A DNA stretch of 64,000 nt from the human T2T-CHM13v2.0 reference genome, Homo sapiens, in the NCBI RefSeq assembly GCF_009914755.1, contig NC_060926.1. One strand, given 5' to 3'. Below the pieces are notes generated by a model. The model saw nothing but the letters and a program-made list of their open reading frames with translations, ran no database searches and was not told the DNA's origin. Shown piece after piece: positions 30,702-43,540 of this stretch; position 1 is the first letter of the stretch; every line of letters begins with the position of its first letter. The position numbers and the translations under genes were made by a program.

Positions 30702-31720
30702 AAGAATATCATCAAGAAAATGAGAAGCAGCCTACAGAATGGCAGAAGATATTTGTAAATCATGTATCTGATAAGGCATTAATATCTAAAATATAAAAAG
30801 AACTTCTACAACTCAACAACAGAAAATCCAAACAACTTGCTTTAAAAGTGGACAAAGGATTTGAATAGATATTTCACCAAAAAAGATATACACTGGCCAA
30901 TAAGCACATGAAAAGATGCTCAACATCATCCACTTTAGGGAAATACAAATTAAAACCACAATGACATATCACTTCATACCTAATAGGATGGCTATGACTT
31001 TTTAAAAAAGAAACAAACAAGAAACAACAAGTTATGGACAAGACGTGGACCAATCGGAACACATATAATGTTGGTGGGAACAAAAGTTGATGCAGTTGCT
31101 GCGGAAAATATTTTGGTGTTTCCTCAAAACACTAAAAACAGAAATACCCAGCACAGGACCCAGCAATTTCACTCCTACATATATATTCAAAAGAATTGAA
31201 AACAGATACTCAAACAGATACTCGTACACCAATGTTCATTGTAGCAGCATTCATAAGGGCCAAAAAGTGGAAACAACTCAAGTGTCTATTGACAGATGAA
31301 TGAATAAACAAAATGTAGGATGTCATTACAATGGATTATTATTCATTATTCAAAAAGGAATGAAGGTCTGATACATGCTGCAAAATGGGTGAACCTTGAA
31401 AACATCATATGCTAAGTGAAATAAGTCAGGCACAAAAGGACAAATATTGTGTGATTCCATTTATATGGGGTACCTAGAATAGACAAATTCATAGAGACAG
31501 AAAGTGGATTAGAGCTTACCAGTGGAAGTAATAATTAGAGTTATTTTTTTACTGGGTACTGAGTTTCTGTTTGGGGTGATGAGAAAGTTTTGGAAATACA
31601 TAGTGGTGATGGTTGCACAACATTGTGAATGTAATTAATGCCACTGAATTGTACATATAAAATGAATAAAATGGCAAATTATATGTTATGTATGTTTTAC
31701 CATAATAAAAATATTTTCTA
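30702..31720 (+). mobile_element. L1MB 3' end
   Basis: ORF2 C-terminal remnant plus L1MB 3'UTR (GTGGTGATGGTTGCACAACATTGTGAATG); degenerate TSD AT[A/G]CATTCTTA. Confidence 0.8.
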
Positions 31721-34225
31721 AATGCATTCTTAGTAAATATTTCAGATGAACACCAGAAAACCTCACTATCTCTTATTTAAGGTAAGTTTTTGTAAGACTT
31801 TTAGTTTTACTACTAATATATTCTATTTATAGTACATTCATTTCTAGCACAGAAAATAGAAATAGGGCAAAAATAAGCATTCCCTGAATTGGAGATTTAG
31901 TCAGAAGAGGAAACCAGTAAATTTATGAGAGTCAAATTAGAGGTGAAATTTTCCAGTGTTTTACCACTCTAAAGGGTCATTCTTCACTGAATGCCAACTG
32001 CAAATACAGTTGCCAGTGCCCAGGAGGTTTTCTTGACTCTTACAGTCATAATTCCCCTAGACAATAGCAATGTAATGGAAAGTCAGATGTTAAGAAGAAC
32101 ATTCTTGGCAACTTCCCTAAGGAATTTCCAACCTTTTTTCCTCCTTTAACACTCTGCACCTCACCTGAGGATGTAATGTCAATAGTAGCCACAGGCAGAT
32201 CTTCTTTACCTGGCTTAAATCTGCCTTTTCTGGAATCCTTCTTTTTCATTATAAATGACTTGAATATGGTTTGGAAATCTAGACGCCTTTTGGGAGTTAA
32301 AGTTTTTTCCACTTGATTTTATTTTCATCACTGAAAACAGGAAAATATTTTTTCTTTGGACACTCCACTAAGATTAAGTACATTGCAGAAGGGAAAATAA
32401 GATCTCTAGCGTACAGATATTACCAACATTAGAGGCCCTTATAAAAATTCTCAGTTTTCGGAATTTTTTTCTTTAGTCTATCTAAATTACTAGGGTTTGA
32501 GATAATTTTCAGTGGAAAGCAGAAAATAGCTTTTCTATTAAATTAAACATTTAATATACCAAATTACTCTGAAACACTCATTAACATAATAATTATGCCA
32601 CTTTTTCTTTGAAAAGCAGCATGTACTTCCATATATTATTGTATTTCTTCCCCAAATTTTCTTTTTAGGTGTGTGAAGGTAACCGTTATTATTATTCTAA
32701 TTTCTCAAATAAAGACCCTGAGACCAGAGAGACTTAAGTGTTGTGCCCAAATCAGAGTTGACTCAGCACCGAATCCTACACCCTTCCAATGCCATTTTCA
32801 CAGCATTCTTTATGATTAGAACAAATTGCAAGACCCTGTACATACAAAAAGGACTGGAATAAACATTAAATATTAAGTATTATTGGCTTATTGAACTACT
32901 AATGTCCTCATCCTTCAAAAGCTCATATTCAAACCAACTTGGATCCAACAATTTTCTGCTACAGGTTAAGTTTGTGCCTATCTTGACAGCATATTAGCTA
33001 GTAAATTGGTTGAATTTATGATCTATCCATTTGTGAAATGGAATTTATATTTTCATTATTTTTAAAAGTCTTTTTTCAGCAAATCTGAAATAGACTTTAG
33101 ACTTCTTGATAATTTTTTTCTTTTCTAGACTCATAATATTAGAATTAGGTATATCTAGATGATAAAACTACTAGTTAAAGTTTGTTAGGGCTGAGTGGCT
33201 GGATTGAAAGTGGTGAGTGGTTGGGGGAGAATATGAGAGATGAACCTTAAGAGGTTATGGCTAGAGGTCCAGATGAAGGTAAAAGATCTTTTGGTTTGAG
33301 ACCTCATTTTCTTAGACCCATGTGCAGGGAGGGAGACTGGCACATTGTGGTAAGATCCACAACAAATATGAAGCTTCGATCTGTCCTGTTCCCTCATTTT
33401 AAAGATAAAAAGCCTAAAGTCCAGAGAACTTAAATGGCTAGTCCACACATAGCCTGAAGGGCATCAAAGAACAAGATGTTTAATTCTAGAACCAGTGTCT
33501 TCTAAAGAGCATAGAAAAGGAAACCCCTCTTCTTTCTTTTATTTCCAACTTTAATTTTAAGTTTAGGGCTAAATGTGCAGGATGGGCAGGTTTGTTACAT
33601 AGGTAAATATGTGCTATGGTGGTTTGCTGTACAGATCATCCCATCACCCAAGTATTAACCCTAGTATCCATTAGGTATTCTTCCTGATGCTCTCCCTCCT
33701 CCCACCTCCCACCCTCTGACAGGCACCAGTGTGTGTTGTTCCCCCAACTGTGTCCATGTGGTCTCATCATTCAGCTCCCCCTTATAAGTGAGAACACATG
33801 GTATTTGGTTTTCTGTTTCTGAGTTAGTTTGCTAAGGACAATGGACTCCAGTTCCATCTATGTCCCCGCAAAGGACATGATCTCATTCCTGTTTATGGCT
33901 ACATCATATTCCATGTTATATATGTACCACACTTTCTTTATCCAGTCTATCATTGATGGGGATTTAGGTTGATTCCATGTCTTTGCTATCATGAATAGTA
34001 CTGCAATGAACATACTCATGCATATAACTTTATAACAGAATGATTTACATTCCTTTGGGTATATACCTAGTAATGGATTGATGGGTTGAATGGTATTTCT
34101 GCCTCTAGGTCTTTGAGGAAATGCCACACTGTCTTCTACAATTCCACAATGATTCAACTAATTTACACTCCTACCAGCATGGTAAAAGCATTCCTTTTCT
34201 CCAAATCCTCACCAGCTTCTGCTGT

Positions 34226-34464
34226 TGTTTTGTTTGTTTGTTTGTTTGTTTGTTTGTTGAGACAGAGTCTCACTCTGTCACCCAGGCTGGAGTGCAGTGG
34301 TGCAATCTCGGCTCACTGCAAGCTCCGCCTCCTGGGTTCACGCCATTTTCCTGCCTCCACGCCATTCTCCTGCCTCAGCCTCCAGAGTAGCTGGGACTAC
34401 AGGCGCCCACCACCACGCCTAGCTAATTTTTTGTATTTTTAATAGAGACGGGGTTTCACCATGT
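34226..34464 (-). mobile_element. 5'-truncated AluY with (GTTT)n tail, inside L1
   Basis: GCAAGCTCCGCCTCC and CACGCCATTCTCC diagnostics; TCTGCTGTT duplicated on both flanks. Confidence 0.88.
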
Positions 34465-35459
34465 CTGCTGTTTTTTTGACATTATAATAACAGTCATTCT
34501 GACTGGTATGAGATGGTATCTCATTGTGGTTTTGATTTACATTTCTCTAATGATCAGTGATTTTGAGCTTTTTTTAATGTTTGTTGGCTGCATGTATGTC
34601 TTCTTTTGAGAAGTGTCTGTTCATGTCCTTTGCCTATTATTTAATCGGGTTGGTTGTGGGTTTTTTTTTTTTTTTTTTTTTTTTGCCAAATAACCAGCTA
34701 GCATCATGATGACAAGATGAAATCCACACATAACAATACTAACCTTAAATGTAAATGGAAATGCCCCAATTAAAAGACACAGAATGGCAAGCGGGATAAA
34801 GAACCAAGGTCCATTGGTATGCTGTCTTTAAGAGATCATCTCACATGCAAAGACTCACATAGGCTCAAAATACAGGAATGGAGGAAAATTTGCCAAGCAA
34901 ATAGAAAACAGAAAAAGCAAGATTTGCATTCCAAGTTTCTGACAAAACAGACTGTAAACCAACAAAGACTAAAAAAGACAAAGAAGAGCATTGCATAAAG
35001 GTAAAAATTTCAGTTCAACAAGAAGAGCTGAATATCCTAAATATATATGTACCCAATACAGGAGTACCCAGATTCATAAAGCAAGTTCTTAGAGACCTTC
35101 AAAGAGACTTAGATCCCCCACACAATAGTCGTGGGAGACTTTAACACCACACCGACAATATTAGATCATTGACAGAAAATTTAAAAAGATATTCGGCTCA
35201 GATCCAGAGCTGAGTACAGCTCTGGATAAGTGGATCTGATAGTCATATACAGAACTGTCCACCCCAAAACAACAGAACATACATTATTCTCATTGCCACA
35301 TGGCGCTTACTTTAAAATTGATCACATAATTGAAGTAAAAGACTCCTCAGCCAATGCAAAAGAAGTGAAATCATAACAGTCTCTCAGACAATAGCACAAT
35401 CAAATTAGAAGTCAAGATTAAGAAATTCAGTCAAAATCATACAACTAAATGAAAATTGA

Positions 35460-35888
<429 letters not shown>

Positions 35889-38140
35889 TGAAGTGAGAAA
35901 TTTATAGCACTAAAATGCCGACATCATAAAGCTAGAAAAATCTCAAGTTAACAACCTAACATCACAACTAAAAGAAAGAATCAAGAGCAAACAACCCACT
36001 TAAGCTGGCAGAAGACAAGAAATAACCAAGATCAGAGCTGAACTGAAAGAGATAGAGACACAAAAAAACCTTCAAAAAAATCAATGAATCCTAAAAGCTA
36101 GCTTTTTGAAGAAAAATAAAATAAAATATGATAGGCCACTAGCAAGACTAATAAAGAAGAAAAGAGAGAAGCATCAAATAAACACAGTTTGAAATGATAA
36201 GGGGGATAGTACAACTGACCCAACAGAAATACAAACAACCATCAGAGAATACTATAAACACCTCTATGCACATAAACTAGAAAATCTAGAAAAAATGAAT
36301 AAATTCCTGGACACATGTACCCTCCCAAGACTGAACCAGGAAGAAATTGAATCCTTGAATAGGCCAATAATGAGTTCTGAAATTGAGGCAGTAATAAATA
36401 GCCTGCCAACCAAAAAAAGCCCAGGACCAGGTGGATTCACAGTTGACTTCTATCAGAGGTATAAAGAAGAGCTGGTACCATTCCTACTGAAACTATTCCA
36501 AAAATTGAGGAGGAGGGACTCCTCCCTAACTCATCCTGATGCCAAAACCTGGCAGAGATACAACAAAAAAAGGAAACTCCAGGCCTTGATGAACATTGAT
36601 GCAAAAATCTTCAACAAAATACTAGTAAACCAAATCCAGCAGCACATCAAAAAGCTTATCCACCACAATCAAATAGGCTTCATTCCCCAGATGCAAATCA
36701 ATAAATGTGATTCATTACATAAACAGAACTAAAGACAAAAACCACATGATTATCTTAATAGACACACAAAAGGCCTTTGATAAAATTCAACATCCCTTCA
36801 TGTTAAAAACTCGGAATAAACTAGGTATTGAAGGAACATACCTCAAAATAGCAAAAGCCATATATGACAAACCCGCATCCAGTATTATACTGAATGGGCA
36901 GAAGCTGGAAGCATTCTCCTCGTATACCAGCACAAGACAAGGATGCCTATTCCACACAGTATTGGAAGTTGTGGCCAGGGCAATCAGGCAAGAGAAACAA
37001 ATGAATAGGAAGAGAGGAAGTAAAACTATCTTTGCAGATGACATGATCCTACATCTAAGGACATAGGAAAAATCCCACTGTCTCAGCCCAAAAGCTTCTG
37101 AAACTAATAAGCTACTTCAGCAAAGTCTCAGGATACAAAATCAATGTGCAAAAACCGCTAGCATTCTTATATACCAACAACAGGCAAGCTGAGACCCAAA
37201 TCACAAATGAACTCCCATTCACAATTGCCACAAAAAGAATAAAATACCTAGGAATACAACTAACAAGAAAAGTGAAGGACCTCTTTAAGGGGAAGTACAA
37301 ACCACTGCTCGAAGAAATCAGAGATGACACAAACAAATGGAAGAACATTCCATGCTCGTGGATAGGAAGAATCAATATTGTGAAAATGGCCATGCTGCCC
37401 AAAGCAATTTATAGATTCAATACTATTCCCATTAAACTACCATTGACATTCTTCACAGTATTAGAAAAAACTATTTTAAAATTCATATGAAACCAAAGAA
37501 GAGCCCGAATAGCCAAGGCAATCCTAAGCAAAAGAATGATGCTGGAGGCATCACTCTACCCAACTTCAAACTATACTACAGGAAAACCCTTTTCTAGCTA
37601 AGCTACTGGATGGATTTAGGTATGCAAATTTGAGCACAGGGTAGGAGGCAGGAGCTGAATTGCTGCACCTAAGAAGGCATTTCCCTTCTGTAGTCCTGGA
37701 TGGAGTAGGGATGAAGGGAGAAGTGAGGTAGCACAAGAGTTCCAAACTGATGTGAGCTCACCCACCACTACCCACAATTTATCAGTGGACTGGGAAATGC
37801 TGGCTGGGCATGAATTATTAACAGGAACTGGGGAAAAGATGTGGTTTCAAGCCCAGGTTAGCTTCAGCAGAAACAGTTGGCAGGTGCATACAAAGGAGGT
37901 GGGGTCACAGGAGATCATGAGAACGCAAACTTCTGGGAATGGTCAGAAACTTCAAGTAAGTATTACGTTTCTACAGTTCATGGAATTGGGGATTCGTGAC
38001 AAGTTTACACAGCTTTTTGTGTAGCAGGAAGACCTTGAGTTATTAGCCAAATCACACTAGTTTGTGACATAAGTAGAGCTAAACAATAGGTGTTTTTATT
38101 CCTGGCTCATTGCTCTTCCACATCATAATGGGGTTTTTCT

Positions 38141-38993
38141 TTTTTTTTTCTTTCACTTTCATTTTTATTTCATATTTCATTTCTTTTTTATTATTTTACT
38201 TTAAGTTTTAGGGTACATGTGCACAATATGCAGGTTAGTTACATATGTATACATGTGCCATGCTGGTGCGCTGCACCCACTAACTCGTCATCTAGCATTA
38301 GGTATATCTCCCAATGCTATCCCTCCCCCCTCCCCTCGACCCCACAACAGTCCCCAGAGTGTGATGTTCCCCTTCCTGTGTTCATGTGTTCTCATTGTTC
38401 AATTCCCACCTATGAGTGAGAATATGTGGTGTTTGGTTTTTTGTTCTTGCGATAGTTTACTGAGAATGATGATTTCCAATTTCATCCATGTCCCTACAAA
38501 GGACATGAACTCATCATTTTTTATGGCTGCATAGTATTCCATGGTGTATATGTGCCACATTTTCTTAATCCAGTCTATCATTGTTGGACATTTGGGTTGG
38601 CTCCAAGTCTTTGCTATTGTGAATAGAGCTGCAATAAACATACGTGTGCATATGTTTTATAGCAGCATGATTTATAGTCCTTTGGGTATGTACCCAGTAA
38701 TGGGATGGCTGGGTCAAATGGTATTTCTAGTTCTAGATCCCTGAGGAGTCGCCACACTGACTTCCACAATGGTTGAACTAGTTTACAGTCCCACCAACAG
38801 TGTAAAAGTGTTCCTATTTCTCCACATCCTCTCCAGCACCTGTTGTTTCCTGACTTTTTAATGATTGCCATTCTGACTGGTGTGAGATGGTATCTCATTG
38901 TGGTTTTGATTTGCATTTCTCTGATGGCAAAAAGTGGGTGAAGGACATGAACAGACACTTCTCAAAAGAAGACATTTATGCAGCCAAAAAACA
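38141..38993 (-). mobile_element. Short L1PA2/L1PA3 with ~66-bp 5' inversion
   Basis: Young L1 3'UTR with non-Ta GAG diagnostic; perfect 17-bp TSD CATAATGGGGTTTTTCT at 38124-38140 and 38994-39010. Confidence 0.93.
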
Positions 38994-39410
38994 CATAATG
39001 GGGTTTTTCTACATAGAAAAGACTTACCAATAACTAGGGACTTCTGCCTTGCAAGACAACCTAAAACCCAGAGTAAGGAGCTGTCAAACAGGGGAATAAA
39101 TTCTGCCTTCTAACAGCCTTCTTCTTTGTACTAATTCTTTCTTCAACTTCTTGGTTTCATTTACTCAGTTACTTTTACCACTGTCCAAGCAGAAAACCAC
39201 TGTCTATATATCAGATGCAGATCAAATCTGCTTCTAAATCTAGAAAGCAAGTATGAATTTCAGCCTAGATGTACAAAGAAAACAGTAATATTAAAGTACT
39301 AAAAATGCAGAGCATCCTAGTCTTTGCAGTTCTCTGAATCCGCATTAAATCTCTTTGAACCTCTTTGATCTTAGTGAAGATATTTCATTTGTCTATGAGC
39401 TTATTACTCA

Positions 39411-39892
39411 CAGGGCTGGCTCCCTCAGAGGTTCCTCAGAATGGAACACCATTTAGGGCTTAATGCTGTACCTGTTCCTGTGTTGAAATGCCTTACATTT
39501 GTGTTTTGTAAATTAAGTCCAATGGGACAACAGAGCAAGTGCTGAGGGCTTGGCACCTCATCAGACATGTGGTCCTATCTCCTGGATATAAGTCGGCTGT
39601 CCTGTCTGCTCCGCAGCCCCACTCAGTGACCGTTGCCACCTCTTATAGCTGGAGCTGTGGCCAAGGTGAAGCTTAAGAAGGGTGGGGTAAAACCCATGTC
39701 CTTTGCACTGAGTCATGGATGAGGCCATGTACCTGTGAGGTCTGCACTCATCTTACACATGAAGGAGCCAGACATTAAGTAGTGAATAAAAAACACCATG
39801 ATGGGTCAAGAAAAAGCTTTTCCTTGCTTTTTGAACAAATGGCCCCAAATTTGTATTTGCGCTGGGTCCCACAGATTATGTAGCTGGCTCTG
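39411..39892. mobile_element. MER45-family (hAT-Tip100) DNA transposon
   Basis: Terminal inverted repeats CAGGGCTGGCT ... AGCTGGCTCTG; MER45-type end TTTTGAACAA...GGGTCCCACAGATTATGTAGC. Confidence 0.7.
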
Positions 39893-40454
39893 ATCTTACC
39901 TGGCCTTTATCTGGCAACCTCAAACCAATGTTACTTTTAGATTTCTAACTAAATACTCTCAACATATATAAAATAGTATGTCTGGTTTTACCAGAAGTAT
40001 TATTTGGTTTCAAGAACTCTTAATACTAAGCACAGAATCAGATATTTTCAATAGTCCAACGGGGGAAAAGTCTTCTAAATTATTTTTACCAGCAGGTATC
40101 ATTAACAATAGAAATTGTGGATCTGTTTTTGTGACTTGATGGTGTAATGCATGAAATGAAAAAATGATGGAGTTTTTTTCCCACTGAGGCAGCCAGGAAA
40201 AAAAAATTACTCATTTCTCCACAGTGAAAATATTATCCTTCCATAGTTTCTATCACATTAGGGAAAATTTTTAAAAATATTGTTACTTCTCTCTGATGCT
40301 GTTTGTTCATAAATAACTACTGATTTTTCCATTATCTACCTGGTACCATATTAAAGTGGCCCTAGGCCAGTAACAGCAGAGGAATCAAGAAGTATAAGAA
40401 ATAGTTTTTTATGTCTCTTTAATTTTGTTTCTGCTTCACATCTTAGTATCTTAC

Positions 40455-40577
40455 CTTGAGCTTGGCCAAAAGAAGTTCATGATCATGAAGAAGTTTTTTG
40501 GTTTCATCTTGACTGCTGCCAATTTCTAGAAGATTGGGCTGTGATTCAGCCAGTTGAAGTTGTACCCATTTGCCACA
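40455..40577 (-). CDS. CCDC141: CCDC141 coding exon 2 (41 codons, [41 protein letters not shown])
   Basis: T-rich acceptor TTTTTATTTTTAG, 123 bp open in phase 0, AAG|GTAAGA donor. Continues exon 1 in frame across a 2433-bp GT-AG intron. Confidence 0.95.
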
Positions 40578-41592
40578 CTAAAAATAAAAATTAAATAAAA
40601 TGCACTTTTAGTTCCTCTTGTTCCTTCCTCTTCACCCTTCTCATTTTTAATATATCGTTTAAATTTCCAGTTATACTGTAAACACTTTTTTCTATTTTCT
40701 ATTTTTTTCCATTCTTTCCATAGAGATGGGGTTTACTTAAATTGAAACACAACAGATCTAATATAAATCCATGCCCTGTCTTTTATTTTTTATTCTTAGC
40801 ATAAATTATTCTCTCTTGGCATATTGGATTTGAGTTAAAAATTCCCAAGTGAGGAAAACATACAATGGATTACGTATTATTGAATATTATAAAGTTACAG
40901 AATAATTTACACAACTGTATCCTCTCTCACTCACAAAACTGAACTCAATAAAAATAGTGAAATTCCACTTGGGCAGGTAGGATGCAAATTTCACCATGGG
41001 GAAAGTTCTTGTAAATGCAATTTAGGCTGATTAGTGTCTTTACATTGGCCTTGCTGGTTTAGCTGAAAATAATAAATATCAGATGAAGAAATTGATTTTT
41101 ATCTTATTTCAAAGGTAAAATATGCTGTTTTCCAACCTTAGTTGTTGAATATTCATTAAAGCGTGTAGGAAAATATTAACAAAATTAGATGCCTGTGACA
41201 ACTGCCATTTGAGCACAGTCAACTTGCTTTCCACACAAGATTTACACTGCTCTAAGATATAATTTGTCATTGCATTTCCTGAGGAATTGCTTTTCTAAGA
41301 AGCAACAACTCATTAAGCAAAATGAACCACTAACACGCATACGCATGTAGATACCTGAATTACTAAAGAGAAATTAGAAAAATGTGTTTCTATTTTAGAA
41401 TATATTCAGTCCCCTGAGACAGTTTGGACAGTCACTATAAATCACACACAGGCACTTCCATTCCATTAAGGTGGACTTTATACTCTGAATTGCTTGGGGT
41501 GTATTTTGTATGGAGATGGCAGTAAGGTAAGAGGGCTGAGGAGAGGGCAGTGGGGGAACATTCTTAGAAACACAATTCAGTTAAAATAAGAG

Positions 41593-41632
41593 TTTCCAGT
41601 GTAATTTTCCAGTGTAATTTCCAGTGTAATTT
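41593..41632. repeat. Three tandem copies of TTCCAGTGTAAT in CCDC141 intron 1
   Basis: Directly visible. Confidence 0.9.
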
Positions 41633-43010
41633 TTTTGTGTTCAATCTACCTCTGATTCTTCTGTAATTTATCCTCTAATATTATTCCTCATCCTGCTCCA
41701 AGAATGTTCATATTTGAGGAAATGGAAAGTTAACTTTTTGAAAAATAGTGAGTTTGCCTCTTTTCCCTCATTGCTGAAATCTGCAGTTAACTCAAAGTAT
41801 CATTAATCCCGTGCAAATGATCTGTTTGCCCTACTTCTGCGTCAGGCTTCTTTTCATCTCCTCTCTGGGACTCTGAAAAGATGGGAGGGTGAGGAAGTCA
41901 GCAGAGGCCTGGTTCCTGTGGGAGAGAAGTCTCACAACACCAGAAAATCCACCTCGGCAGGAATACTTTCCATTCTGTCCTTCTATAGTGAACTGTTTTG
42001 CTCAGTATCAAGTGCTCTTTTCCTGGTATGAATTTTCACATTACCATAAAATTCACAGCAATTAAGTTAAAGTAAACATGGCTTGCTGTCCATGCTCTAA
42101 CAAAAGGCCAGAAAAGTCATTCAATTAAACCTGGTGGGGACCTGAAAGTAACTGGTTTGTGACCATCAGCTTGTTTGCCAGCTTTCCCTTCATTAAACAC
42201 TGAATTATTTAGGTGGAATATCATCTAAAGCCCAAGCCTAGTGCTTGAAAGCTTTTTTTTACAGGGCATTTCCATGGAGAATAAAATCATGGAGTTCTTC
42301 TTCAGCCTAAAGATGTGTGGTCATCTTTGCAAATGGGCAAATGGGTTGTCATAAAACATGCAGTAATTGTAAACCCTAAGTGGCTTCTACTTCCTGCTGT
42401 TAAGAGCAAATTTGACACAAAGCTTTTGTACCTTTCCTTGCATGGTCTTCGTTACTGGACAAGGATTTAGTAGTTTCTTTACCATGTCAAAACCAGTGTG
42501 GCAAAGGGCACATGTCGGAGCCCTTTACTTGGTGTTTTCTGAGTTCCATCGTGCTTAAAGCAGTGCCCTCCCCCTGTCTGTCGGGACCTGCCTCCTCCCA
42601 CCTCCATCACATCCACTCTCAAAAATCACAAGCATTCCACAGGTCCATTGGACTCTTTAGTCAGGCAATCATGAACTTCCAGTTACCAATGCCTTGCTTT
42701 TAAAGACCAAATTGACAGTATATGCTAGAGGTTTTCTTTTCTTTATTTTTCTTTCTTTTCTTTTTTTTTTTTTTTTTAAATCAAGCTGCTATAGATGCTT
42801 TCTGGCTGACTGAAAGGAAAGAGAATCTCTGGTAACTGCTGAAACTTGTAGAGGTTTCTCTTAGTAGCCCATTTTAGAAAGCAGTAAGAGTGCTTGCTGC
42901 GTTGTCTTCTCTATGCTGTGTCCTGCCGATTGCATGGAATGTTCTTTAGGGTTTTCAACACACAGCTAGAAGCCCACAGCCGCACAGAAAAAAGGAAGTT
43001 GTTAGCTTAC

Positions 43011-43112
43011 CTTTATGACAGCTATAACGATTTTGGAGTCCCCAGCCTGCACAGCAACTGAACTGACTGTCGTCGTAGAAAGCGCAACACTAGGACTTCC
43101 TTGGCTGGACAT
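43011..43112 (-). CDS. CCDC141: CCDC141 coding exon 1 (34 codons, MSSQGSPSVALSTTTVSSVAVQAGDSKIVIAVIK)
   Basis: Manual translation of the minus strand: ATG at 43112-43110 in context AGTACC-ATG-T (A at -3), 102 bp open, ending AAG|GTAAGC donor, phase 0. The peptide matches my recollection of the human CCDC141/CAMDI N-terminus. Confidence 0.95.
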
Positions 43113-43540
43113 GGTACTTTAGAACCAGAGTTTATACTTTGGGCAGCCTCTGGACAGTTGTGTGTCTGCTGGTCATTTCAGAAGGCCAGGGTTACTTGGA
43201 TTCATTCAGGGAAAGAGCTCAGCTCACACTGATTACTCTGCCAAAAGGAAAGAACAGGAGGTTAAAAATAGACAACCCCATTGAGTTTATCGTGAGAGAG
43301 AAAGGAGCGAACGAGAGAGAATTGCCACGCCCCTAGTATGGTGACACTAAGTGCCTGTTATTTTTGCTGTTATCTTAAATGTGGAGGACAGCTTCAAGCT
43401 CTTTCCTTATCAGCTGATGTTTGATAACAAATGGAAAAAAAAATTACATCCTGACAACCCAAATTAGTTTTGCCACCGAAACTATGCCATTGTAACCATG
43501 GACTTTGAAACAAGTAAGTCTTTGACCTGGTTATCAATCT
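43113..43540 (-). promoter_or_regulatory. CCDC141: CCDC141 5'UTR and proximal promoter (no CpG island; muscle/cardiac-type motif cluster)
   Basis: Non-repetitive DNA directly upstream of the ATG: MEF2 consensus TTAAAAATAG (43262-43271), KLF/SP box GCCACGCCCC (43324-43333), GATA sites (43370-43375, 43407-43412, 43422-43427), E-box CAGCTG (43411-43416). The TSS cannot be placed from sequence. Confidence 0.6.
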
